This document shows positions 27,705 through 38,588 of a stretch of 64,000 nucleotides of DNA, piece after piece (the first letter of the stretch is position 1; every line of letters starts with the position of its first letter). Source of the stretch: Phycisphaeraceae bacterium. GTDB lineage: Bacteria; Planctomycetota; Phycisphaerae; Phycisphaerales; Zrk34. The DNA lies in assembly GCA_040905565.1 (NCBI GenBank), contig JBBDRF010000071.1, forward strand, positions 18,968 to 82,967, in the 5' to 3' direction. Below the pieces are notes generated by a model that had not been told where the DNA came from, did not search any database, and worked only from the letters and a program-made list of their open reading frames with translations. The translations under genes and the position numbers were made by a program.

Positions 27705-30700
27705 AGCAGCATTCCATCGTCGTCGCCGGCCGACGTCACGCGCGGCTTGTCCAGCGGCGGCGGCTCAGATCGCGTTCGCTGCCGGCCGTTCCAGAGCCAC
27801 CGCGTGGCAAGCACCGCGTCGATGCCCTTCATCGTCGTGAGCTGGTAGATCGCCACGCCGGGCATCTCGGCGTAGCAGCCCCACTCACGCTCGCTGGTCA
27901 TGATGAAATCCAGGTCGAACGCGTTCAACAGACCCATGCACTTGCCGCGCATGTCGCTGTCGATGCCCGCGAACACCTCGTCCAGAAGGATCGGCCGGGG
28001 CGCCAGAGGATCAGCCGACTGGTAGTGGGCGGCCGCGGCGGCGAACATGGGCAGCGTCAGCGCTACCGCCTTCTCGCCGCCCGAGCCCGTGCCGTGCGTC
28101 CGCCGCGTGAGCCGCTGCCACTTGCCGTCCTGCTGCCGCATCACGGCGAAGCGATGCCAGCGGCGATAATCGAAGGCTTCCTCGATGTGCTGCTGCCAGG
28201 TGGCCGTCTCGTTGGCAGTGCGCATAGCCTGAATCTGCGCGTGCAGGAACTGCCCGAGGGCGCCGCGGTCGTCGGGCGACCACGTCGCGCCCACGCCGAG
28301 CAGGCGACGGCGGGCGTCGGGCAGGCCGGCCGGGCCGTCGTCCATGGGCTCCCACACGAACTTGATGCGCATGCCCGTGCTCATGGGCCGACTGGTGATC
28401 TGCTCGTTCATGTCCGCCACCAGCCGCTCCGCCTCGTGAAGCCGATCGTGCAGGTGTGTCGCCACCTCGTCGATCAGCGTCTGCTCCAGCACGCGCCGCT
28501 CCTGCTCCTCCAGCAGCGATCGCCGCGCGTGGGCGTCCTCGGCCAGAGCGTCACGCAACTCCAGCATTGAGCAGTCGCGCTGGTCGTACACCACCGTCAC
28601 GATGAGCAGATTGTCGAGCGTCGTCGTCTGCGGGCGCAGGTCGTGCGGCAGCAGGGCGTCGGTGAGGTTCTGAATGTGCCGGTGGACCTCGCGTTGGTGC
28701 TTCGCCCAGGCTTCCTCGTCGCTCCGCACGTCGCTGAGCAGCGATTCAATCTGCCGCGCGAGATCGACCGCCCGGCTGACCGAGGCCGGCTCGCCCTGCT
28801 CATGCGCCAACTCGGCCGAGATGACCGGCAGGAGCTTCAGCCGCCCCAGACTCGCCAGCGATTCGATCGCCTCGGCACGATCGGCCTGATGCCGGCCCAT
28901 CGCTTCGGCGTGAGTCTCGACCTTCTGTTCCGCCACCGCGAGGGCGGCATGCTGAGACTTGTCCTCCTTGCCCGCCGCCTCTCGTTCCTTCCGCAGATGG
29001 CCGACCTGCCGCCGAGCCTCCTCGAGACGGGCGCGGATGTCACGCGCGCTCTTTCCGACCGACGCTTCAAGCGTGTCGCGATGCGCCTCGGCGGCGCGCA
29101 GCTCATTGGCGGCGGTCCGCAGGCGCCCGGCCTGCATGTGCACCTGAGCCTCCGCTTCAGCGGTGCGGGTGCCGCAACGGTCGGCGTGCCGCCGCGCATC
29201 GACGCTGCTGCGAAACGCGGGCCAGAACTGCCCGGTCGCGTGCCGGTATTCGTCCGTCGCCTCGCGCAACTCGTCGAGACGGTCCACCCACGCGGCGATG
29301 CCGAGATCGGCCGCGTCTCGATCGCGCTCCTCCTCCGCCGCCTGCAACGCCTGCCGCCGCTCGTGGACACGTCGCTCAGCCTCGCCCACGCGCCCGCGCT
29401 GCTCGCCGACGCGTCGCCCCGCAGCCGCCCGCTCGGCGAGCGCTTTGCGCACCAGCTCATCATCGGGCGCCTGCCGGGCCTCCCGCCGCGCCTGCTCGAT
29501 GCGCTGCTCGACGTTGTCGATCGCCGACCGCAGCCGAGCCGCCGATGCGTCGGCCTCGGCAATCTGCGCGTCGAGGGCGTCGATCTGCTGAAGCCGGTGG
29601 CGTTCGCGCGCCGCCTGGCCGATATGCTGCGGCGTAACCTTGCTCCATCGGCCGTGCAGCGGGCCGTTGCGCCACCCGCCGTCCGCTGCCACCCAGGTAG
29701 CGGATGAGCCGGCGCCCACACCGATGCGCATCAGCACGGCGGCCACCACCCGCTCCTCCACGCCGGCCTTTTCGGCAGCGGTGGTGTCGGTTGATCAGAT
29801 TGATTAGCCGCGGCGCGTCCTCCGGCAGCGGGGCGTCGCCCGCGATAAGGCACGTATCGAGCGTCTCAGCGTCCAGCAGCCGGCCGTCCGGCGTCATCCA
29901 CGCGTCGAGCAGCCCGGCCGCCTCCAGTGCTGCTTCGAGCCCGGCACGGTCGGCCTCGGGCAGGCTGTCGACAAAATCGATCAGCGACCAGAGCGCCGCC
30001 CCCGCCTGCCGCTCGCCGCGGGCGTCGTCACCTCGGGTATGCGGCGGCGCGGGCGAGATGTGCCGCCCCGCCGCGAGGGCGTCTCGCTGCTCCTGTAACT
30101 GCTCAATCCGTTCGCGGAGTTCCTTCAGCTTCTGCGCCACGTCCGCACGCTCCCGCGTCAGCGTTTCGCCCGCCGTCGCCAGCGCCGCCGCCACGGCCTC
30201 ACGCACCGGGCTTTGCCCCTCGCCCGTCTCGCACCACACCTCCAGAGCCTCCGCCAGATCGTCGGCCGGCGTGGGCGACAGCTCCGACGCCGCCCGCGTC
30301 CATGCCCGGTAGGCCTCAAGCAGCGCCCCACCCGCGGCCGAGAGCACTTCCGCAGCGGTCCGCTCGGCCTCAACCGCCTCGTCCAGCCCCGTCTGCTGAT
30401 CGTCAAGCCTCTGCTTCGCCGCGCTCAACTGCATCGCCGCCGCCTGCACCGCCTGAACCAGCGACGTCACGCGCCGGATTGCCTGCTGACGATGTGCGAT
30501 CAGTTCCCCGACCTTCCCCGCGGCCACGTCGATTGCCGCCTTATCCAGAGCTTCGCCGCGCAACGTATCGACGGTAGCCAGGGCGGCCTCGTGCTGATCG
30601 TGCACGCCCGCCTCCGTCGCGGCCGCCGCGGCGCAGGCCCTCGCAGCTTCAAGCTCCTCCTCCGCGCTGGACGCCGCCCGCTGCGCCTCCTCAAGCTCGG

Positions 30701-31865
30701 TCGCCGCGGCGTCACGACGCTCCACCGCCTCCTGGTGCTCGCGCCGGCAGTGTTCCCAAGTCACGCGGCGCGTCTCGACGACGCTGTGGGCGGCGTCCAG
30801 TGTTTCCGCCGCCCGCATCTCGGGGCTCGAAGCAAGCGTCTGGGCTTTGGCGTCGGCGGCCTCGAGCTCCTCGTCCAGTTCCGCCAGCCGCTGCGAGAGC
30901 CGATCCAGCGCGGCTGACGCGGCGTCCCGCTTCCCCTCGGCGACGCGCAGATCACGCTGGGCCTGCTCATATTCGAAGTTCGTCGACCGCACCCGAGCAG
31001 CCCGCCGGCGCCCGGCGCAGCGCACATAAGGCCCGTACTCACGCAGGAAGGCCTCGGTTGCGGCCCCGGCTGCCTCTGACCGCTGCAAATCCAACCGGTC
31101 GCTCTCGAGACCGCGAAACGATTCGGCAACGTCCTCGATGATGCGCCGCTCGATCGGCGGCAGCGCCTCGCTCAACGCCGCCGACAGACGCTTCTCATCC
31201 AGATCGCGGGACAACTGCGGCTGACGAAGCTGAATCAGCAGGTCCATCAGCGCGCGGTAGCGTGCATCGCCGAGCTTGAACAGTTCAGCATCCACCGTGC
31301 GGCGATACTCATTGCGATCCTTGAAGACGGTCCCCGCCTCACCAATCACGTCAGTCAGAGCGTCCCGCGAAAGCGGCTGGTCACGGTCGTTACGCAGGTG
31401 CAGGTCGACGCCCACTCGCCCTTCGCGGAGGATGAAATACCACCGCGTGGGCGCGCCCCGGCCGGCAGTCGCCTGCAGCGCGATACCGATCGTGAAGTAA
31501 TGATCCACGCCCTGCTCGTCGACCCGGCCGAACTCGAGCCACGTGTAGCCGAGGCGGTCGGAGTAGCGGTTCATCAGCAGGTTCCACTCGATCCGCTTGG
31601 CGACGTCGCCGTCGGGCTCGACGCGCTGCGGCGGAATATCCGCGTCGAGCAGGAACGGCAGCTGCATCGCCAGCACGCGGGATTTGCCCGTACCGTTGTT
31701 GCCTCGCAGCAGCAGGCGGCCCTGCTCGAAATGGAAGACCTGCTCGTCGTAACGGTAAATGTTCAGCAGCCCCGCACGCAGCGGCCGCCATCGTTGCGAT
31801 AGCGGTGATGCAAGGACGTCCGGCTGCTCGCCGTTGTCTGCAACGGGCTCGTCGAACCGCTTCAT
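27701..31865 (-). pseudogene. jetC: Wadjet type II JetC SMC ATPase (TIGR02680-like), split by a frameshift near 29790
   Basis: Walker A GNNGTGKS is in ORF 29460-31880; signature GSGGEK and Walker B LLDEVFAG are in ORF 27701-29761. Confidence 0.88.
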
Positions 31866-33119
31866 GACGTTTGCTCCCACAACTGGGGCGTCGGCTCGGC
31901 ACGCTCAGCCTGGCGCGGCGCATCGAGCGCGTAGCGGCCGATCGCTGGGCGAACGATCACGCCGTCCTCCGTCCGCCGAACCAGACGCAGCGCTTCGAGC
32001 CGGTCCAGCGTCTGCTCCGTCAGCGCCACCTCCGCCCCCGGCACCCGTGCGTCCTTGCGCCAGTACAAGCCGTATGTCTGGATCAACCGCGCCGTTTGAT
32101 CACGAACTGCGGCGATTCCCACAAGGGCCGACGATTTACCCGCCGCATCCTGCGCCTGCCCGGCCAGCCATTCGGCAAGCAGCAGCGTGAGGTGACCGGC
32201 CGTGCCCTCTTCCGGCATGCCCAGATCGGTTGCATCACCATTCGTATCGGCCAGCGCGATGCCCTCACGGCGCACCTCCGGCACGAGGCCCGTTGCCTCC
32301 TCGACTTCACGCAGTATGTGCGGCCGTTGCGTGGTAAGGTACGCGCGCTCCGCCTCGCTCAATTCGTCATAGTAGATCACCGGGTCGTCCAGCATCCGGG
32401 CCGTCAGCGCTGCACGGATGCGGCGATTGCGGGCGTCGTCGCTGTCGGGGATCGCCTCGTTGAGCATCGCGTCGATTCGGTCGAGCAGATATGCCTCTTC
32501 GATCGTCGACGGCCCGCGACTCACATTGATCAGGCTGCTCAGCGCCACACGGTGGATGGTGTAGAGGACGTCGCCCTTGTCGGCCACATACTGCTCCTCC
32601 TCACCGTCGATCCGCACGAGCACGCCGAGGTCGTCGAGCAAGCGGATGACCTGGACAAGGTCGCGCCGCTGCTCGTGACGGTTGAGGTCAAGTTCGACGC
32701 CCGCCTCCGCCAAAGCCGGATCAGACTCGGCGAAATCCATCACGTCCCTGGCGATGTGCCCAAGCACCGTTTGCCGCTCAGCCCGCTCCAGTGCCGCCAG
32801 CACGAGGCAGAACATCACGTAGCGACGTCGCGTGAACGGCACGCGGCTGTGTGGATCGATTCCGGGCCGCGTCGCGTCGTCGCGATCCGCCGGCCGTTTA
32901 CGCAACCGCGCGACTTCGCTGTCCACGTAGAGTCGCCACTGCACGTTTCGTGCCAGCCACTCGCGCAGCCACTCAGCATGGCGGCGGATGAGCGTCAGTG
33001 CTTCCGGATGACGCGACGCGGTGATCAGCGGCCGCGACAGCAGCGCACGCAGCGCCTGCTGCCGCTCGTGGCGTACCGTCGCATCAAGGTGAGCGCCCAG
33101 CCGAGGACCGCTCAGCCAT
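31862..33119 (-). pseudogene. jetB: Wadjet type II JetB (TIGR02678-like); natural start out of frame
   Basis: GGAGGTG-preceded ATG at 33119 hits a stop after 11 codons; the family-like N-terminus ERQQALRALLSRPL...RRHAEWLREW is in the frame of ORF 31862-32944. Confidence 0.8.
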
Positions 33120-34761
33120 CGGTCACCTCCTGCTGCCCAACGGAGATCGCGTCTGAGGCCGGCGGCGGTGTCGCGGCACTCGCCTCGCCCGACGCGTCCG
33201 TCTCGCGAATGAGGATGTGATGATCCTCGCCGACGAAGCGGCCGGCGGGCGTCTTGACCGAGGCGGCCACGCCGTCGTCGGTCGGCTCGAGGTGGATCGA
33301 GAGCGTGCCGTCGGCTGATGTCGCCTCGACCGGCCCCGCCATCGACGCTCGATGCGCCAAGGCTTCGCCCAGCAGCTCGAGAAACAGCTCAAACGCGGGG
33401 GTGTCCAGTTCGCCAAGCCGCGACAGCCGCGTCGCCCGCCCCGTCGCCAGCACCGAACGGGCCGCAGCCAACTGACGCGCCTCCTCCGCCGCGAAACGCG
33501 CCAGCGCCGCCTTCTCCTTTCGCCGATCGATCACCCGCGCCGCCGGCCCTGGTCGGCGCGTGCGGCCCGTCTTCCGCAACCGCGGCGAAACCCGCAACGG
33601 CGGCGCATCGCACCACGGCGTCGACGCCCGCACGGGCTCCTGCTCCCAAGCGTCAAGCGTGTCCTGGTCCACCCGCAGATGACGCGCCGGCGCCAGGCCG
33701 AACGCCGCCCGCCAGAGTTGATGAGCCTCGCGATCGTCGTCCGTCTCCGCGAACCACCGCGCCAGCGTGCGCAGGTCTGCCGACCGGTCACTGCGCGTAA
33801 TGCGCCGCTCGTGCAGCATGCCGACCGCCCGCAGCAACGCCGGTATCGCCGCCCGCGCATGCGCCCGCAGTTCCTGCTCCTGCGCTCGCTCGCCCTCCGA
33901 AGCGATGAACCAGCCTCGCAGGCCCTTCCACCGCCTTCGCCATTGCTCGACCACTGCGGCCCGCCGCTCGTCGTCTGGCGGCAGCACCGCATCGCGCAGC
34001 TCACGTCGCGCCGCCGCCTCCAGCAAGCGGTCGATACCCGCCGACTCGATCCGCTCGATCAGGTCGGCGATCTGAGGCGACGTCGTCGCCAACTCCGCGA
34101 TAAAGCGCTTCAGGTAGTCGATCAGCGCCTGCTTGTAGGACATGAACGCGTTGAGGTCGACGTCCTGCAGTTGCGTCGTCCGCTGCAGGCTGCTCAGGAA
34201 CGTCTGGGCCCGGGCGGTGAGTTGCTCGAAGCGGGAGCGGAGGATATCAAGCTGCCGGAAGGCTTCGCCGTCATCGATCGTCGCCTGTCCCACGGCGCGT
34301 AAGAGGCCCTCGAGCTCCTCGCGGATCTCGTGCAGCGTCGTCGTCTGAAGCTCGCCCGCTTCATTCAGCGCCTGCACGAACACCTGCAGCGCCCGTTCGA
34401 CAGCCTGTCCCGTTTCCGTAATCTGGTAAAGAAACCGCGGCCGGAGGAACTCCTTGACCGAGGACACCTCGTCCGTATCCAGGTGCTTCTCGAGATTCCC
34501 CCAGTCGCACAATTGATCGAGCGCCCGCTCCACCTCGAGTCGATCCAGCCGCGTCGCCCCTGCCGCCGCCAGCGCCGCGTGCACTTGCGCGGGGCGAAGG
34601 TGCAGCTTGAACTGCCCCGTCGCCTCGATGAATTGCCGCATCATCGCCCGGTACAGCTCAGGTTTCCCGGCCCTCACGTGCTGGAACGCCATCCAACGAT
34701 TGACGCCCCCGCTCGGCGGGTCCGGGCCGAAACCATCGGAATAATCGGTCCCGCGGCTCAT
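33112..34761 (-). CDS. jetA: Wadjet type II JetA (TIGR02677-like)
   Basis: LDQLCDWGNL, FMSYKQALIDYLKRF, DLRTLARWF and AFGLAPARHL motifs; first gene of the four-gene operon. Confidence 0.88.
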   Translation of the reverse strand: MSRGTDYSDGFGPDPPSGGVNRWMAFQHVRAGKPELYRAMMRQFIEATGQFKLHLRPAQVHAALAAAGATRLDRLEVERALDQLCDWGNLEKHLDTDEVSSVKEFLRPRFLYQITETGQAVERALQVFVQALNEAGELQTTTLHEIREELEGLLRAVGQATIDDGEAFRQLDILRSRFEQLTARAQTFLSSLQRTTQLQDVDLNAFMSYKQALIDYLKRFIAELATTSPQIADLIERIESAGIDRLLEAAARRELRDAVLPPDDERRAAVVEQWRRRWKGLRGWFIASEGERAQEQELRAHARAAIPALLRAVGMLHERRITRSDRSADLRTLARWFAETDDDREAHQLWRAAFGLAPARHLRVDQDTLDAWEQEPVRASTPWCDAPPLRVSPRLRKTGRTRRPGPAARVIDRRKEKAALARFAAEEARQLAAARSVLATGRATRLSRLGELDTPAFELFLELLGEALAHRASMAGPVEATSADGTLSIHLEPTDDGVAASVKTPAGRFVGEDHHILIRETDASGEASAATPPPASDAISVGQQEVTDG

Positions 34762-34858
34762 CGACTGCCATGATAGCTGTAGAAGCCCTCGGCAGCACGG
34801 AAATTACGGGAGTCGCGATCGACTGGATCTGCAATTTTGCGAAAGCAGCAGGCCGCCG

Positions 34859-35335
34859 TTACGCCCACCACACGTCGCCGGCCTCTCCGGTCTCCGCCCA
34901 TCGACGGTGCTGCCTGCGAATCAGCGCCCGAACGCGCCGCCAGGCGGTCGTGGGCTGGACCTTGGCTCTAGTAGCCTTCTGCGCATGGTTCGCTGCAACG
35001 ATGAACACAGGCTCGATTGCCTCCAGGCGCCACCCCAGCGCCATTGCGGCCTCGGCGATACGGGCTGCACAGCCCGGTGCAACCATGCCTTGGCGGCTGT
35101 TGAACTTTCCGTGGTTGGTCGGGCCTGCGGCGTCGAGGTAGCCGACCTGGGACTGCCGTTCCACGACGTCCTGCCACGCCTTGTCTGACCATGCCAACTC
35201 GGCCAGTTCAGAGATGCAGTTGCGGTAGAGGCCCCATGCTCCCTCGTCCGCGTACTGCGTCTTATCGTACTCGATGATCGCCTCCCGGATTTCGCGATCA
35301 GTCGGCTCGCGTCCCAGCCGCTCACGCAGGCGGGT
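34859..35335 (-). pseudogene. 3' fragment of an unknown gene (no start codon)
   Basis: Protein-like frame RLRERLGREPTDREIREAII...WGLYRNC...YLDAAGP loses plausibility upstream of about 35335. Confidence 0.45.
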
Positions 35336-35515
35336 GAGGTGATGGGCGTGGGGGAGTTTCTCAACCACGTCCGTCGCATGGTGGTGGATTACGTGGTCGG
35401 GCAGGTGCTCACCGGTGAGCAGGGCGCGGACATGGCGGCGGCGGACCGGCTGGACGACGTGACGGCCTACTACCTGCTGCACCGGCACGACTTCGGCATG
35501 GACGAAGCGCCCGTC
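35330..35515 (+). pseudogene. Internal fragment of a DUF1156-type adenine DNA methyltransferase
   Basis: GEVMGVGEFLNHVRRMVVDYVVGQVL...DDVTAYYLLHRHDFGMDEAPV resembles the C-terminal region of DUF1156 proteins. Confidence 0.6.
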
Positions 35516-35741
35516 ACTTACGCAACTCGCCGAACAACTCCAGGTCGCCGAAAGCCGGATCCGCAAGCTGCTGCCGCTGACATTCCTCGGGCCGAAGATC
35601 CTGGAGCGGGCACTCACCGGCGACCTTCCTCCCAGCCTCACACTCGATGATCTGCTGCATGCCGCGGTGCATCTGGATTGGGACCAGCAGATGCAGGACC
35701 TGGGCTTGGACAGGCAGCCGCGCCCGGCCATGTCAGCCTGA
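35511..35741 (+). pseudogene. C-terminal remnant of a large serine recombinase
   Basis: Unlisted frame reads PSLTQLAEQLQVAESRIRKLLPLTFLGPKILERALTGDLPPSLTLDDLLHAAVHLDWDQQMQDLG to TGA at 35739-35741. Confidence 0.65.
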
Positions 35742-35874
35742 AAGTCAAGTCCGCCGCCGCCACACCCCCAGCAAAAACGCACTGCCGAAAACCGCGAAAG
35801 AGACTCGGGCTTCGAATCGGCCCGATCTCGCCAAAAACGGTCGCCTCAGCCGAGTCTCTGAACCGCCCCAGATA

Positions 35875-35910
35875 CACGAAAAGCCCCGGAAATCCGGGGC
35901 TTTTTGCGTG
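35875..35910. terminator. Bidirectional terminator-like hairpin downstream of tRNA-Ser
   Basis: AAAAGCCCCGGA-AA-TCCGGGGCTTTT. Confidence 0.8.
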
Positions 35911-35947
35911 GGCGCAAACGTCGTGGGAAATTCCGCTTGCGCCTAAG

Positions 35948-36036
35948 CGGAGCGGGTGGGATTCGAACCCACGGTACGGGTTTCCCCGTACACGCGATTT
36001 CCAATCGCGTTCCTTCGGCCACTCGGACACCGCTCC
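35948..36036 (-). tRNA. tRNA-Ser(GGA)
   Basis: GGAGCGG/CCGCTCC acceptor stem, CGCGA-TTGGAAA-TCGCG anticodon arm, long variable arm, GTTCGAATC T-loop; CCA not encoded. Confidence 0.97.
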
Positions 36037-36107
36037 AGAATCGGCGTTGGGCTGGTATCTTAGCGGTTGGAGCGACGACTGGCCAATGCCCCGAGGAGGC
36101 GAGCGCG

Positions 36108-36830
36108 GTGAAGTATCGAAGGCATGATCTGCACGGGCTGCTTGTGGTGGATAAGCCGCTCGGCTTGACGTCCATGGGCGTCGTCCGCCGCGTCCGCCGG
36201 GCGGCAGGGCACTGCAAGACGGGCCATGCGGGCACGCTTGATCCACTGGCGACGGGTGTGTTGATCTGCTGCCTGGGCAAGGCGACCAAGACGGTCGATC
36301 AACTCATGGGCCTGACGAAAACCTACCAGGCCACGGTCGACCTCTCCGCCTTCACGATAACCGACGATGTCGAGGGCGAGCGTGAGGAGATCGCCGTCGA
36401 CCATCCTCCCACCGAGCAGGCGGTGCGGGAGGCGCTGGCGCAGCTCACGGGGACGATCGAGCAGACGCCTCCCATCTATAGTGCCATGAAAGTCGAAGGC
36501 CGACGCGCCTACGCCCTCGCGCGGCAGGGCGAGGACGTGAAGCTTAAACCCCGCCCCGTCCGCATCGACGCGATCGATCTGCAAAGCTACGATTTCCCCC
36601 GCCTCAAGATCGTGATCACCTGTGGCAAGGGCACGTACATCCGTTCGCTCGCGCGGCAGATCGGGCAGAGCCTCAGCACCGGCGGGCATCTTGCGGATTT
36701 GCGTCGCCTGGCCGTCGGGCCTTATACACTTGAGCAGGCGGTCACGCTGGAGGATCTGCCCGAGCCTTTGAACCCCGAGCATCTGCTGCCCGTGCCGAGT
36801 GCTCAGAACGATTTCGATGCATCGCGCTGA
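36108..36830 (+). CDS. truB: tRNA pseudouridine(55) synthase
   Basis: DKPLGLTS, GHAGTLDPLATGVL, PPIYSAMK and CGKGTYIRSLA motifs. Confidence 0.96.
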   Translation: MKYRRHDLHGLLVVDKPLGLTSMGVVRRVRRAAGHCKTGHAGTLDPLATGVLICCLGKATKTVDQLMGLTKTYQATVDLSAFTITDDVEGEREEIAVDHPPTEQAVREALAQLTGTIEQTPPIYSAMKVEGRRAYALARQGEDVKLKPRPVRIDAIDLQSYDFPRLKIVITCGKGTYIRSLARQIGQSLSTGGHLADLRRLAVGPYTLEQAVTLEDLPEPLNPEHLLPVPSAQNDFDASR

Positions 36831-36853
36831 AACAGCCGATAGTCTGGAATGAT

Positions 36854-37741
36854 ATGGAACGTTTACGCGTCGCTTCGCTTCAATACTGGATCCGCCCTGT
36901 CGATACCTTCGAGCAGTTCCGCGATCAGGTCTCCGGCCTGGTGCAGACGGCTGTCGATTACGACGTCAAACTTGTGGTGTTTCCCGAGTACTTCACCATC
37001 CAGTTGATGACGCTAGGCGATGTCCGCGCCCCGGCCGATCAGCAGGTGCGGACGCTTTCGCAGATGGTGGAGCCGTTCGTCGATCTCATGAGTTCGCTCA
37101 GCAAGAAGCATCAGCTCTACATCGTGGCGGGCTCGATCCCCGTGATGGACGACGGCTCGGACCACGTCTACAACGAATCGTTCTTCTTCGGCCCCTCCGG
37201 CGAGCACGGCCGCCAGGGCAAAATGCACATGACCCGGTGGGAACGCGAGGACTGGGGCCTTTCGCCACGCCATCAACTCAAGGTTTTCGAGACCGAACTC
37301 GGCCGCATCGCCATCGCCATCTGTTATGACGTCGAGTTCCCCGAAATCGCCCGGGCGGCGGCTCGGCAGGGGTGCAGCATCCTCGTGGTGCCCTCCTGTA
37401 CTGATGATCGTCAGGGCTTTCTGCGGGTGCGATATTGCGCCCATGCCCGGTGCATCGAGAATCAGCTTTACGTGGTGCATGCCTCGACGGTCGGGTCGCT
37501 GCCGATGGTGCCCTCGGTGGCGCTAAATTACGGGCAGGCATCGATCCTGACGCCCAGCGATTTCCCGTTCGCGCGTGACGGCATCCTCGCCGAGGGCGTG
37601 ATCAATCAGGAGACAATGGTTATCGCGGAACTTAATATGAAGAGCATCGAAGACAGCCGAACGTTCGGCACGGTGCTACCATTGTATGATTCGCAACACA
37701 CGAGCGAGATTGTCGCTCAGACCGACCTGATCCCCCTGTGA
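36854..37741 (+). CDS. Carbon-nitrogen hydrolase (nitrilase superfamily)
   Basis: VFPEY, K and ICYDVEFPE catalytic triad; ARCIENQ. Confidence 0.93.
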   Translation: MERLRVASLQYWIRPVDTFEQFRDQVSGLVQTAVDYDVKLVVFPEYFTIQLMTLGDVRAPADQQVRTLSQMVEPFVDLMSSLSKKHQLYIVAGSIPVMDDGSDHVYNESFFFGPSGEHGRQGKMHMTRWEREDWGLSPRHQLKVFETELGRIAIAICYDVEFPEIARAAARQGCSILVVPSCTDDRQGFLRVRYCAHARCIENQLYVVHASTVGSLPMVPSVALNYGQASILTPSDFPFARDGILAEGVINQETMVIAELNMKSIEDSRTFGTVLPLYDSQHTSEIVAQTDLIPL

Positions 37742-37750
37742 GCGTGCCCC

Positions 37751-38443
37751 ATGGCCCTGACCGACGGCGTGGTCGTCCGAAATACACGCGTTGAAGACAT
37801 TGAACAGATTCAGGCGTTAAGCAGGCTGACCTACAGCCGCCGTGAAGCCTGGACACCTCGCGAACTCCAGTCGCACCTGCGCGTCTTTCCCGAGGGCCAG
37901 TTCGTTGCCCTTGAGCAGGCGACTGGACGTCTCGTCGGCATGGCGGCCAGCCTCATCGTCCTCTGGGACGAGTACGAACTGGACACCAGCTGGACGGATT
38001 TCACCGACGACGGCATGTTCACCAACCACGATCCCGAACACGGCCGCACGCTCTATGGCGCTGAGGTCATGGTCCACCCGGACATGCAGGGCCGAGGCGT
38101 GGGTAAGAAGCTGTACGCCGCCCGGCGTCAGCTTTGCCGCCGGCTGGGGCTGCTGCGCATCCGGGCCGGCGCCAGGTTGCGTGGCTATTGCGATTACGCC
38201 GACCAGATGTCTGCCGAGCAGTACGTGATGAAGGTGACCCACGGCGAGATCGGCGACCCGACCCTCACCTTTCAGCTGCGCCAGGGCTTCCGCGTCATCG
38301 GCGTCGTCGGCGGCTACATCGAACACGATCCCGAAAGCCTCGGCTACGCCGCGATCATCGAGTGGATCAACCACGCCGTCGCCCGCCGAAGCGACTACCG
38401 CCATCGCGACGCGCGCTTCCTTAAACCCAAGATCCCCCGGTGA
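37751..38443 (+). CDS. GNAT-family N-acetyltransferase
   Basis: FPEGQFV, VMVHPDMQGRGVGKKLY and DPTLTFQL motifs. Confidence 0.9.
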   Translation: MALTDGVVVRNTRVEDIEQIQALSRLTYSRREAWTPRELQSHLRVFPEGQFVALEQATGRLVGMAASLIVLWDEYELDTSWTDFTDDGMFTNHDPEHGRTLYGAEVMVHPDMQGRGVGKKLYAARRQLCRRLGLLRIRAGARLRGYCDYADQMSAEQYVMKVTHGEIGDPTLTFQLRQGFRVIGVVGGYIEHDPESLGYAAIIEWINHAVARRSDYRHRDARFLKPKIPR

Positions 38444-38510
38444 ACGAGCCACGCACGCGCTTCTCAAGCCGTTTGCTCCGCAGCACCGAGCGGGCGACAA
38501 TAGCCGAATC

Positions 38511-38583
38511 GGCCCCGTAGCTCAGCGGTCAGAGCTGGCGACTCATAATCGCTCGGTCGCAGGTTCGAATCCTGCCGGGGCTA
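38511..38583 (+). tRNA. tRNA with CAT anticodon, most likely tRNA-Ile2 (lysidine)
   Basis: GGCCCCG...GGCGA-CTCATAA-TCGCT...GGTTCGAATCC...CGGGGCTA closely resembles enterobacterial tRNA-Ile2; lacks the initiator GGG/CCC anticodon stem. Confidence 0.93.
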
Positions 38584-38588
38584 TTGGT

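Larger units (their letters stand above)
12180..35947. mobile_element. Decaying defence island at the 3' end of tRNA-Ser(GGA)
   Basis: Defence-gene cargo, serine-recombinase C-terminal remnant next to the tRNA, CAGGGAA repeats at the left end and GTCTCTGAA shared by both ends. Exact att sites not resolved. Confidence 0.8.

Noticed and set aside
29760..29800. Programmed ribosomal frameshift in jetC
   Set aside because: No canonical slippery heptamer is present, and other island genes are also broken.
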